NCBI RefSeq assembly: GCF_018350175.1
Contig: NC_058386.1
Location: forward strand, 93,372,001-93,436,000
Direction: 5' to 3'
Origin: Felis catus
Lineage: Eukaryota
Length of the DNA: 64,000 bases
Below are positions 51,258 to 63,600 of the stretch, in pieces (the stretch's first letter is position 1; every line of letters begins with the position of its first letter). The notes under the pieces are model-generated. The model had not been told where the DNA came from. It made no database searches and saw only the letters and a program-made list of their open reading frames with translations. Position numbers and translations under genes: made by a program.

Positions 51258-51462
51258 GGGGAGCAGCTGGGTGGCTCAGTCAGTTACGCATCCGACGTCG
51301 GCTCAGGTCATGATCTCAAGGTTAGTGAGTTCAAGCCCCACATCGGGCTCTGCACAGACAGCTCAGAGCCTATCTGGGATTCTCTCTCTCCCTCTCTCTC
51401 TCTGCCCATCCCCCGTACTCTCTTTCTCTCTCCCTCCCTCTCATAAGTAATTACACTTAAAA
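51258..51462 (+). mobile_element. Can-SINE
   Basis: Consensus. Confidence 0.85.
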
Positions 51463-52065
51463 CATGACTTGCTGGGAACTTATTATATACAAGGAACTTA
51501 AGGATTTTTTTTTAATTCTTATAACAATCTAATAAATAGGGAAATGACCACTTATTTACTTAGATTTTCTCCAAGATAGGGAATGCATCTACGAGGAGCT
51601 ATGACTCAGTCATAATCCCCAAGGGTAAAGAAAAAAATAGAAGGCAGAGGGAAAGTTTTCACTGTTCCACAATGGAAACATTTTGGTCAGAAAATTATAC
51701 GTGACTTTCAAATACTGACTAACCATGACAGGAAAGGCAACTTATTAATGGAAGTTAGGAAGAATACCAAATGTACACATAGGAAATTTTAAACTTTTTT
51801 TTAACATTCAAAAGACCTGGGACCAGGTTTCCATCAAATAAGGAGAGATGTTGCATTTAGTTATAATATAAATTATTGTTTATTGAACATCTACTCAACG
51901 CCAGGCAATATAGTGAAAATTATACAAATTATTCCATTTAATTTTCACATTTTAGTAAAAGTGGTTGTTATTATGAAAACTTAACATATGAGTCCAAGAG
52001 GGCTTAAGTGAGTTATTCAAGGTTCCCTGACTCCTTTGGACTTGCCTAAGAAAAATTGCTATTGT

Positions 52066-52256
52066 GGGGTGTCTGACTTTGGCTCAGGTCACAATCTCAC
52101 ACTTCATGGGTTCAAGCCCCGCGTCGGGCTCTGTCCTGACACTTTGGAGCCTGGAGCCTGCCTCGAATTCTGCGTCTCCCTCTCTCTCTGCCCCTCCCCA
52201 GTTCAGGCACTGTCTCTCTGTGTCTCTCAAAAATAAACATTAAAAAAAAGAAAAAC
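52066..52256 (+). mobile_element. Can-SINE lacking part of the 5' head
   Basis: ggggtgtctgactttggctcagg... joins straight into the body. Confidence 0.85.
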
Positions 52257-52865
52257 CGCTAGTGTGTAAATCTGAAAATATTAAATACATAGCACATACC
52301 AGATGCCAAACAGAAATTCATCGTTGTTTTCTTGCTATTATGGTCAATAGCATCACTGCTATTTACCTGATGCCTCTAAGCCTTTTTTTTTTTTACCTCA
52401 ACCATAATGTGAAAGCCAATATAATACAAGTAGGTCAAAAGATTACATGAAACAACCTACTTAAAGTCTCTAGCATATGGAGGCCACTTGGTAAATGTCA
52501 AAACTACATAAATTTTCTCTTGAAGGATGCTCTTTATTCTTAAATACGACCCAATAAGACAGTCGATGTCAATGCTTCCAGTTATTTAGCGGTAGGCCCC
52601 TGGGTAATGAAGTTGACCGTGTATCTTCAGAAAACAACGTCTGACTACAAAATGACTTTAGTTTAAGTGTGTGGAATCAGAAGGTTGAGTTTAGGGCTGA
52701 AATACTCCGAACATACTTCAAAGTTTCTGGGTTGATTTTCTGTCCCACCTACTATTTCCTGTAGTTTATTTCTTACATATCTGTGTATGTAACAAAAGAA
52801 TATTAGTTATAATCTTATTAAAATAGTATAATTCATTCATTTTTTTGCCCCAGTTTAAGAGTTGT

Positions 52866-53101
52866 CTTTTATTTGTTTTAGAAATTTTTTTTAATGTTTA
52901 TTCTTGAGAGAGAGAGAGACAGAGAGAGACAGAGCATGAGGAAGGGAGGGGCAGAGAGAGAGGGAGACACAGAATCCGAAGCAGGCTCCAGGCTCTGAGC
53001 TGTCAGCCCACAGCCTGATGTGGGGCTTGAACTCACGAACCCTGAGAACATGACCTGCACCGAAGTCAGACGCTTAACCGACGGAGCCACCCAGGCACCC
53101 C
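52866..53101 (-). mobile_element. Can-SINE
   Basis: TSD agttgtctttta. Confidence 0.92.
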
Positions 53102-55602
53102 CCACAGTTGTCTTTTAATAGTTGAGGCAATGTTTATTGATAGTATGAAAGTGCTTGATAAATGTGTTCAATACATGTTGGACGAAAGAGTGAATTAATG
53201 ACTCATTTCCATTATTATTTATTATTTTTATATCTTTAGATTTCCATAAAGAAAGCTCCCTTTAAATTGGATATATACTTAGCTCTGTAAATTCATTTAA
53301 ACAAAACACATCATATTCCCCTGGATATAAAAATACAAATGAATTAGACTTTATTACACTTTATTTTTTTTTAATTATATTTAAAAATTGATTTTGGTAC
53401 TCGATGTGCTAACATTTAAGTACAGCACACCTGCCTCACATTGTTTGCTCCTTGGTGCTTTTCTTCAATTAATATTCATTTTGATGAGCTTTGGCAGTCC
53501 TCATGCTTTTAAAGGGTAAGCCAGATTTTCAGTTGACAAACAGATCTTGGTGTATTGACTACCAGTAACCTCGGATTCTAAAAGGAGAGAAGACGACCAA
53601 GTAACTCCAGTATCCTAGAGAAACCTGATATTTCAGTGTCTTCTCTAAATTGTTACCTAAAAGCCGGCCTAGAACGTACCTTTTCAGAGAGGGACGCTTT
53701 GGGGAAAAATGTTTGCCAGAGAACCTATCATTGAAAAGATAGCTCAGGGAAACAAAGCGATAAAGGCCAAGGACAAAGGGTCAAATTAGCTGGGATCGTG
53801 ATACCGTAGAGAAGTGGCCTGGGAGCTCAACACTGAAGACAGCTGAGTTTAGAATGTAGATCGGGCGGGAAGAAGGGCACTTCAGGAGTGTGTGTTGAGG
53901 GGCAGGGGCTCCACAAAAAGCTGGGAAACCAATTAGCAAGGAATGAGTGGGAGCCGATGGGGCCTGTGACCTTATTGGGTTATAGTCAGTAACGGGATAA
54001 GGCGGAATAGATAAGGCGAGGGCAACATGGAGAAGATATTTAAAAAGGGAGATGCTGAATAAGGGGTTTTGATAATATTTATAGCTGTTCTTCCAAAGAG
54101 AAACGCCTGTAAGTGTTCAGATATACTGGTGGATCTCTCACCTCTGACAGTTCCGACGCTTTGGTAGTGGGCTCTCCAGTGATTACACCTGTAACAAGCA
54201 TGCCCGACCACCAGGTGGCTACAAAGTCAAGTCATGCTGGGGGAGTTGCCCAGTGTTTGGGACTCTGATGCGGTGAAGGTTTTTCCAAGTCACAGCTTCA
54301 AAAATCTGATCAGCTACTTAGTGTCCTCTCTCCTATCTAGACAACCTTATCGAAAAAGTCGAATGGAGCTCATGGCTTCTCAAGATTCCTAAGCTCAGGG
54401 AATGGGTCTGTTAGATTCCCAAGGCAGGCGCCAAAGCAAACAAAAGAGAAGGAACCAACACGATTTGTTTCAAGTTTCTATGCACCCTACTTTATAATCC
54501 GTGACTTGCTCCCAGATCAATGTCTTTAGTGTTACTGCTAGCCACCATCGAGCTCTGTCCTTGAAATATAATTTGTTTATTTCTCTCCCACAATTGACTG
54601 GTTGTCATTCCCTATGGCAGAGTTATAGCTGTGAGGAGTGATAGATGGTTACTGAATTAGAGGAAGAGGACCGGATAGTGAGGCTCTCTAAATAAAGCCT
54701 TCAGGGGAAGGTCAGTGGCAATTTGGATAGTAGGAGTTGGCAGAACGTGGCTCCGGCAGCTTTTCCTTCATTATACATTATGATATCATGCCCCAGAGAA
54801 CATCAAGTTCTCAGTTTATTTTTTGGGAAAATTACATAAAGCCAAGATCAGTATTGTTTGACTCTTCGTATTAATAGGTAGTGCATTAAGTTTGCATTAG
54901 AACGAAAAATGACGTAACCTCGTTTTTAAAAAGCAAAACACTACAATGAACATATCACAATACCCCTGTCACAGGAAAAGCATGCTGTTTATTACTCTAA
55001 ATTATTCAGAGGTTTTGACACTATTTGCTGTAAACATTTGAGTAATAGAACAGTCTAGAACTAGTAGCTGACGGTGATACACTGAACTTCATCATTGTTC
55101 CTTCCCTTTGTGCCTTTGGAGGTTCGAATAAAGAGTGAATATTAGATTAATTAGCCAAAGTAATTATGGGGAACTATTATGGGATCAGCACTGTGCCAGG
55201 GGTTCCAGGAGTTGGCATAGTGCTGACCCCAAAATTTCAGGAGTTGTATTGGCCATGATCTCTGACCTCCCAGCTTGCTCATGATCTTACCAGTGAGATG
55301 AGATTAACATGAAACCAGAACAAACGCCGAATGTTACAAAGAGCTAAATAGCGTGCCCTACGCAATAAGGATCATACAGGTACAAAGAGGGGAGAAATCA
55401 ACGAAGCCTGCATTTCAGAGGGAGAGCCATGGGAAAGTGAGCTCATAAGATGGGATGAATTGTATCCATAGCTGCCATCCTTCTCTTCCATCTCATTAAG
55501 CAGTCTATTTGTCTTTTTACACCCTCTCCAGACATTCACAGAAGTCCTTCTGACATGGTAGGGACTCCATTGACATTTGCTGGTTGATCTAAAAAAATGG
55601 AA

Positions 55603-55797
55603 GGGGCAACTGAGTGACTCAGTCTGTTGAGCGTCCGACTTAAGCTCGGGTCATGATCTCGCAGTTTGTGAGTTTAAGCCCCACAGTCGACTCGCTGCTG
55701 TCAGCACAGAGCCCCCCTTCCGATCCTCTGTCCCCCTCTGTCGGCCCCTCCCCTCGCTTGCGCGCTCTCAAAAATAAATTTTCAGAAATATTTAAAA
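55603..55797 (+). mobile_element. Diverged Can-SINE
   Basis: Consensus-like head and tail. Confidence 0.8.
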
Positions 55798-56071
55798 AAG
55801 AAAATTGAAGTATAATTAACATACGGCGCTACGTTAGTTTCAGGTATACAACATAATGATTCAGCAATTCTATGCATTACTCAGGGCTCGTCACAGTGTG
55901 GTCACCACTAATTTTTTTAGAAGGATATGGTAACTGGAAGCAAAAGAGAGACATTTGGTTTTTCTGTCAAGTGTATACTTATCTTGTGAAAAGTCTGTAA
56001 TGGCCATGGGTAGAGGACCTATTCATTGGATCATAGTGCCAATCTGAAAGCAAAGTTTATAGATGTGCTTC

Positions 56072-56288
56072 TTTTCAATTCTTTTTTAATATTTATTATT
56101 TATTTTTGAGAGAGAGTGAGAGGGACAGACAGACAGAGTGGGGGAGGGGCAGAAAGACAGGGAGACACAGATTCCGAAGCAGGCTCCAGGCTCCGAGCTG
56201 TCTGCACAGAGCCAGAAACTCACGAACTGTGAGATCATGACCTGAGCCGAAGTCGGACGCTTAACTGACTGAGCCTCCCAGGCGCCCC
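56072..56288 (-). mobile_element. Can-SINE
   Basis: Reverse-complement consensus. Confidence 0.88.
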
Positions 56289-57923
56289 TGGTGTTTATGT
56301 CTTTATATTAAAGAATTTTTATTTGTTAGACATGCTCCTCTCAAATTTCAGTCTTCCATGAAAGCAAAAGGCATTGAATGATATAGTTGCCATTAATGTT
56401 AGGCAAGTACATAATTTTAATGGGACGTGATTAGACGTAATTAGAATAGTGTCACGTCACCAAAGATAGAGATAGATTGACAGCCATTAATAAGGTAAAA
56501 ACCTTGACTGAATTTCTTGCCTCTACTACAACATTCTGAAAGTGATCTTATAATTTAGGATTAAGGCTGTTGCCTTCATAATTACATACAAAACAATGAC
56601 TCTGAGTAACCACTCTTTTTCAAAACTGTGGGATAATGATCATGTATTTTTCTGAATGCTGAACTAAATGGACCACAACTTCCTAAATGGATGGTCTTCT
56701 ACAGGAAATGTAAACTATTAAAACCCATAATTAATAACCAGTTTGTCACACGTTATTTTCCCTCTTTTCGTACTTATGTCTATCAAGTATTCTGCACATT
56801 CAAGAGAGTGTCAATATGGTAACTCGTTAACCAACACTTGGTAAATAGGTAGGTCTTCTTCATTGGAAGAGCAGAAACAAAGGTTAATGCATATTTCCTC
56901 CTTCAAGTGGCCATTATTCTAGAATTTTAGGCAGGAAAATATGGTCTTTTATACATCACAGATAAACCTATATATGCACTTTAATTTTTGAAGTGCACTG
57001 GTTTTTCCTACTCTTTAAGTGAGTTCCATTTATTTGAATTGTTTTCTTCCTCCTCATTTTTTAAAACCTTTGGCCTAGAAGAGTCTAGAATATCACCTGT
57101 AGTTTTCATTTCGCTGGGAAAATTCTGCTTTTTGATTCCATTCTCTTTCGAGTGTCCAGGAAAAGCTCTAACCCCCAACTTTGGTAATGGGACTTCTTCA
57201 TCTGGGGGAGGGGCAGGCAAGAAAGAAATGAAACATTTTATAGCAACTATATTGGTAAAACTTTAAAAACTTGGAAGAGCCAAGCATTTGAAGGAACGTG
57301 GGCCATCTAGATGTTTTATGCATTACTGGCCGAAGTATGTATTGGTACAACCACTTGGGGAAAAAAGTTGGCATTGTCTTCTAAAATTGAGTATACACAA
57401 TGCGTATAGGACATGTTGTTTTAATTTTTAATTGCTTAATGAATTAATTGTATCAATGTCACCATGTTTGGTGAGATGATGGTGACTCACCTACCAAGGG
57501 TTATAATTATTTCTGTTCTATGCACCTGAGGCCAGACTATTCTTAGAATTCCAAGATGGCCAAGTATCCCAGTGGGCATCATTTGGTAAGGCAGCATACC
57601 AGGCTGGGGCAAAACTAGAAGGGCGATAGAGAAAGACTTGTTTTGACAAGAACGCTATATACATTTAGAGTAGTGCATGGTTCGTAGCATTTCAACAATG
57701 ACTTCATGAAGGAAAACAAGAAGAAAGATGGAATGATGATTATTTGACAGTCGCTGCTTGATGTGCAGGTTTTCAGTCATAACCCAGAAAAAAAATGGGA
57801 GGCATATCAAATGGATGCTTTTCCATTTTGCACATTTGGGAGAATGTGAGTTTCTTCCAGACTCACGGGAAACATGGGTCTTTGTCACATAATTCAAGGA
57901 TAATGATCTACAAGTTCTGGTCA

Positions 57924-58077
57924 NNNNNNNNNNNNNNNNNNNNNNNNNNNNNNNNNNNNNNNNNNNNNNNNNNNNNNNNNNNNNNNNNNNNNNNNNNNNN
58001 NNNNNNNNNNNNNNNNNNNNNNNNNNNNNNNNNNNNNNNNNNNNNNNNNNNNNNNNNNNNNNNNNNNNNNNNNNNNN
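57924..58077. other. Assembly gap (N)
   Basis: Run of N. Confidence 1.
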
Positions 58078-58189
58078 GTGCTAACAACAGAGAGCCCGAT
58101 GTGGGGTTCGAACCCACAAACCGTGAGATCATGACCTGAGCTGAAACCAAGAGTCTGATGCTTCACCGACTGAGCCACCCAGGTGTCCC
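58078..58189 (-). mobile_element. Can-SINE (tail in gap)
   Basis: Head visible after the N gap. Confidence 0.85.
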
Positions 58190-58419
58190 TAAGCAATTTT
58201 GAATAGTCCTATCCAACACTTAAGCCAACATAAATAATTAGGCACAAAGCAACTTGGCTTTGGTAAGGGGAAATTATAAGACAAGCAGAAAAACATGTAA
58301 AAGTGTGAATCTTAAAAAATTCCACACATTTTTAACCAAGTTCCTCACAAATGGTAATTTGAAAGAGAAAGAGAATCGCCTTTGGCGAGGCGGGAGATGT
58401 TTGGTGGTAACAATGGCTG

Positions 58420-58650
58420 TTACTTATTGAACATCTACGGATGTCAGGTACGAGACTGGACTCTGCAAGTTATTTCTTCTAATTGTCCCAACAGTCAACT
58501 GTCAATAACCAAGTCATTATCGCTCCCTTTACCATATAAGGAAACACAGGCCAAGAGGGCTCAAGTGAGTTTCTAAGGTTCCACAGCTCGTGAGTGACAG
58601 AGCTGGGATTCTGAACCCAGATCTGCCTGATTCTAAACTCACATTTCCTT
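58420..58650 (-). mobile_element. MIR element upstream of SNORA35
   Basis: aaggaaacacaggccaagagggctcaagtgag...cacagctcgtgagtgacagagctgggattctgaacccagatctgcctgattctaaa. Confidence 0.75.
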
Positions 58651-58797
58651 CCCCTAAAGCTGACCCAGGTATTTTGTAGCCGTACTGAGCCAATGAAGCA
58701 TGGATCCCGACATGTTTCAGGTCTCATATCCACCCCTCTTCCAAGCTGGTTCTTCTGCACAGAGCATGGGCTCCCGGCCCCAGCTCTACCGTCTACA

Positions 58798-58925
58798 AGC
58801 ACTGGCAAGTGACCCATTGGGCTTCTCCCTGACCAACTGGGCATCGAGCAGTGCAAGAGCAAATCCCTCCACAAAGCTGGGAGAGTCATTCTGTGGGCTA
58901 CTCCTGCATGCGGGTGGGTACATAT
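58798..58925 (+). ncRNA. SNORA35: H/ACA box snoRNA SNORA35 (HBI-36/MBI-36)
   Basis: 5' hairpin closed by GCACTG (58799-58804)/CAGTGC (58849-58854), H box AGAGCA (58856-58861), 3' hairpin, ACA box (58920-58922) plus 3 nt. Resembles recalled SNORA35 (AAGTGACCCATTGGGCT...TGACCAACTGGGCATC...AAAGCTGGGAGAGTCA...GTGGGCTACTCCTGCATGC). Its known host is HTR2C intron 2. Confidence 0.93.
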
Positions 58926-59077
58926 CCACTGGGTCCTGGGACCCTGCCTAAGACAAGTGAGGGGGCGGAGAGACAAATCAAACAGCTCAGTACCTGGTAC
59001 TACTAAATAAAGGCGACTGTGTCCATATTCCAGTTACCAAGAACCCAAAAATGTTACTGTCATTACATTATCACCAC

Positions 59078-59156
59078 CGTTACTATTAGCTGTGTAGCTC
59101 TTGGCGATTCACATGAACCCCTCTTGGACTCGGTTTCCCAAGTCCGTCAAATAAGG
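59078..59156 (+). mobile_element. MIR core fragment downstream of SNORA35 (opposite orientation)
   Basis: tagctgtgtagctcttggcgattcacatgaacccctcttggactcggtttcc...gtcaaataagg. Confidence 0.65.
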
Positions 59157-60291
59157 TCGACGATGCTGGAAGGATCCAAGATTGCCATGATGATGACATG
59201 ACAAGAGAAACTCATTTTACTCCGCTGGCAGATTGCCCTTTAAGTGTTCTTCAGACAGGAGAGATAAGTTCACTTTTCCCCTTGATGTGATAAAAGTGAG
59301 ATTAAGATTAGAAGAATCTTGCAGACATTGGCCCCCGTCCAAGCTGATGCGTTTGCCAAGAAACTTGGGAAAGCTAAAAACTTCTATTCCACTTTCATCA
59401 AACTGAACAAAGATAACTTGGGATCCCCTGTGTCCGACTGGCTTTTTTCAATGTGGCATTATTCTCATTCTCCACCACTGGAGGGGCTTCACGCTTTGGA
59501 AAATTCCGAACAAGACTGGGGTGCCCAGCGTCTGTGACCGAAGACATTTCTGATTATTTCAGTCCTGGCAGCATGTTCTGGCTCTTGATGTTTTTAAACA
59601 TTTTTTTTTAAAGAAAAACTATTAAGCACAGAAAAACTCAGATTCAAATACATTTAATATCTCATCCTCCCCCCCAAAAATTACTTTTTAATTTAAATTT
59701 TTAAAATAAACAAAACCTTAAAATAAAACTTGAAAAATGTATTTCTCCACATTCCTACAAGCCTCCTGACACACTTGCCTTCCCAACCTCTTCGTTCCCC
59801 ATATATAACAGTCCGTTTAAACTCATGCCGATAGAATTCCTTTTCAATTATTTCTTATAATTTAGATCTATGTGCAAGATCCATTCCTGGCCCCTTCTTT
59901 CCTTCATAATGCCTTTGGACACTCAAGTCCCCCCCAGTCTCTCCCTCTACCAGCTTGGCAATGACCACTTTCCCATTTTTTGTATTCATGAAAGTTATCT
60001 TATAAGCCAAGTTGTAAACTCTTTGAAAGAAAAGACCCTGTCCTTTCATTCATCTTAGTACTTACAGAAGCACCCAGCCCAGTGCCTTGCATAAAGCAGA
60101 AGTTCAATAAATAATTATTGAGGGATAAATTCACGTAATTTTGCTATGAAGTCCATCATGAATTCTTGGAACCAGAAGTGAAAGAAAGCTCTAGAAAATT
60201 GAATCGCGCGGTTTTAGAACCATAAAAATTTGGCTCTCTGTTTTAGGTGGTAAATAAATATACACTGACACTCATTTAAAATCCAGAAAAG

Positions 60292-60398
60292 GGGGACACC
60301 TAGGGCTGGCTTAGTCAGTAGAGCGTGCAACTCTTGATCTCGGGGTCATGGGCTCAAGACTCACATTGGGCGTGGAACCTGCTTAAAAAAATAATAAA
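60292..60398 (+). mobile_element. Short old tRNA-derived carnivore SINE
   Basis: ggctggcttagtcagtagagcgtgcaactcttgatctcggggtc. Confidence 0.75.
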
Positions 60399-60425
60399 CA
60401 AAATGCAGTAAAGATTAGTTTGTGA

Positions 60426-60649
60426 GGGGCGCCTGGGTGGCGCAGTCGGTTAAGCATCCGACTTCAGCCAGGTCACGATCTCACGGTCTGTGAGTTCGAG
60501 CCCCGCGTCGGGCTCTGGGCTGATGGCTCAGAGCCTGGAGCCTGTTTCCGATTCTGTGTCTCCCTCTCTCTCTGCCTCTCGCCCGTTCATGCTCCGTCTC
60601 TCTCTGTCCCAAAAATAAATAAACGTTGAAAAAAAAAATTAAAAAAAAA
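60426..60649 (+). mobile_element. Young Can-SINE
   Basis: TSD aaagattagtttgtga. Confidence 0.95.
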
Positions 60650-63600
60650 AAAGATTAGTTTGTGAGACATAAATTCATGAAAAGTTATTTAATAATTATT
60701 TTGAAGGAAGACCTCACACTTTTTTGTGTGTGCCAACATTATAGATGATAAACTCGCCTTCCCAGGAAATGTCCCTAGGGTCCTCTGCCAGAAAGGACAC
60801 TGGGCTCACAGGTCATAGCTATGTTCTGATAATTAGGCCAACATTATAAAAGAATGCACACAACTCCCAGCTCATTATATTACTATTTTCAGGCAATTGA
60901 CATGAAATATATCAGTGAAAAATACATATCAAACCACATAAATCCTTGTCGACTGAAATACAAAACCCAGTTTTAAAAAATGACACGCTTTTCCTGACAG
61001 TTGGCAAGGATACATTAGAAAGACTTTTTTACACAGTATATATTTTTCAGTTATTTCTTCAGAAATATGGCAAGATAGTGTTCATATGACCCACTACCCA
61101 TCTGAATGAATGTGTTATAATAATACAGGGTTTTATTACTTTCCCCTTATTATTTCAATGCAGAATAAATGCCATCCGAACAATTCCCCTATCCCTCACC
61201 AGCCTTATTACACTGATAACAAGATGTGGGCAGACAGTTTTTTAAATAGACTCTTAAAACTTAATTTCTTAACATAGTTGAGGGGCTTCTCTTAGAGGTC
61301 CGCGTGGGTAGGTGAGAATCTGTCAACATAATGTCTGTTCTCAGCATTTTTCCTAAGGGCAACATGCTATTTTGTTCTCCCGTGTAATTATTTTTACTTG
61401 TCTTTTTCTGCTTATGTCCTTTAATTTCTCTTAGAACTTTTGAAGATGGACAAGTGTGGCTGTTTAGATTCTCTCATAGTACAAAACAGTGTTTGTGATA
61501 AAGACTATGAATTATCTTTGATAAACATCTGCTTATAGTTGAATGAGGGGTTGTTTAGTACAGAAAGTGGTATTCAGCGAAAAGTGCAATTTATCAAAGA
61601 AATACTTCTTTCCTTGTTGCATTTACCGTCTTGCCGGCTTGGTGTATCTATATTGCTTATTTGTCCTTTATTACTGTCAAGACAGCAAATTTCTCTCTGG
61701 AGCAGATGGTGTAACTGTCATTGTTCCAGTGCTTAAAATTCATTCTGCTGCAGGAATTTTTTTTATCATGAAACCTCTAATTTAGCAATATTAACAAATT
61801 GAAGCTATGGACTGTTTTCTCTGGGATGTCTGGCCTTTATTAGATATCTGAACAAAAAAAAAATCTATATTTATATCATGAAAATTGGATCGAAGTATAT
61901 ATTTGATTATTTCTTCATAATCAATGTCATTATCGATTATTGACAGTGGGTAAATGCTATAAAATGTTAGTCAGTCATTAGTTGTATAAGAGTTGATCAT
62001 GGATTTTGTTTGTTTCCTTTACCAATATCTCCATAATTTATGGCAATGGAAATTTAAAATTATAATAGGTGTCTTGATACTTTTTGAATAGAGTGTTTAA
62101 ATTTAAATCTATTTTTAAACTTCAAATTTGTACCTTTTTTGTCCATAGCTCCTAATAGCACCCCGCTTCACCTACCCCACATAGAAAGCCATCAGATTTC
62201 GTATTTTACCTTCAGGAAAGAATCAAGGGAAAATGCCATTTTTTTCACGCCCCGCCACATTTTCAATATTGGAATGGTTAAAATAAGACCAACAAAAGTC
62301 TTGCAATCAATTTTAGCCTTGCAGCTTAAAAACTAAGGCAACAAATAAATCTTCTATGGAAATATTTGTAATAACTTTTGAACAAATAATGCAGGCAGGT
62401 AAGTGTCCAGTAAATAGAATTCCACAGCCTGTCAAAATTTTTTCCATGCTTACTGCTTTAGAAATAATTCCACTCAGCGTAATGGGGTAAATGGGGTACC
62501 CCATAGTTGGCCATTTGTATAATCACCAGTGAAAGGAGTCTAATGAGTTGATCCCATGTTGATCAAGTCCATTATCGTTCGGGTGACCATCCAGTCCAGG
62601 GTGCCCAAGAAGGTTACGGTTTGTACTTACTGAATAAATGTCAGTAATACTTCCTTTGAGACTCAGAGATGTCCCAATTTGGCTATTAAGTTAGATGCTA
62701 ATTCTTAACTCTCATGCGCCCACATAAACCTAAGAACTTACAGGCTGACACATATAAAAGCACTATAAGCAAACATCCCTTCATCAAGAGGAGCATGCAA
62801 ACTTATTAATGACACAAGAAATACATGTGAAATCCCTGCAAAAAAAATCCACCAACCTTTGAATTAAAATCAAAATCTGCGAGGCAAGCGGGAAGCTCTG
62901 TGGGACGTTAGGGAAGAGATACATGGATGTAGACTAGAGTAGTTAAGGCTGATTTAAGCAGCTGTCTTCCTCCAGGGCCTCGCAGGCATGAGGTCACGTG
63001 AACAAAGTCCTCGGGATGGTGATAATTCAAGTTCACAGCCTCTCAGTCAACACTGGAAATGACTGAATGAATACAGAGAAGGGTATGGTAGAAAAAATAA
63101 TCAATACGGACTTCGAAATTCCCGTCTCTCGCCCTGGCGTTGCCACTGGCCACCTTTATGTCGCTGGGTAAATTACTTCTTCCCGTTGGCTTTGGTTCTT
63201 TCATCTGTAAAAAGAGAGTAAACCGGATTCACTGAGCTGTTACTACTTGTGAGACTACTTCGTGCCAGGCGCTCCGCTCAGGACGATGGCAATGATCTCT
63301 GAAGTTCCTTTCCTGCTCTAACGTCTGTGGCAATCACTTCCATCACCAGTGTTGCCAGTGAGATAGGTCTAGTCAGCTCGGGATCATTCACTTCTTTGTC
63401 AAAAAAGAACATTTCTTGCAGGTAAGTGAACCCCACCCAGCATATATTCGTTATGTTAAGTTGACTTGCAGCTTCTCCTCGCAAGTGCCCTTTATGTCCT
63501 CCTTGGGTTAGGACCGTATTTTCATCCCCCGTGATAATGACGCAACCCCAGAATGGCAGGAAACCCTTTTGGGGAGAAGCTGGTAGGGCATATTTTTGGA

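Noticed and set aside
58479-58976. 165-aa minus-strand ORF
   Set aside because: Antisense to SNORA35 and runs through a MIR; non-ATG start; no protein similarity recognised.
62391-62404. Consensus donor CAG|GTAAGT
   Set aside because: No pyrimidine tract before it and no convincing paired acceptor; isolated donors are common in long introns.
63481-63503. GCAAGTGCCCTTTATGTCCTCCT loosely resembles mature miR-764
   Set aside because: Several mismatches including the seed, and no complementary 3' arm follows. By recalled human spacing miR-764 should lie beyond this window.
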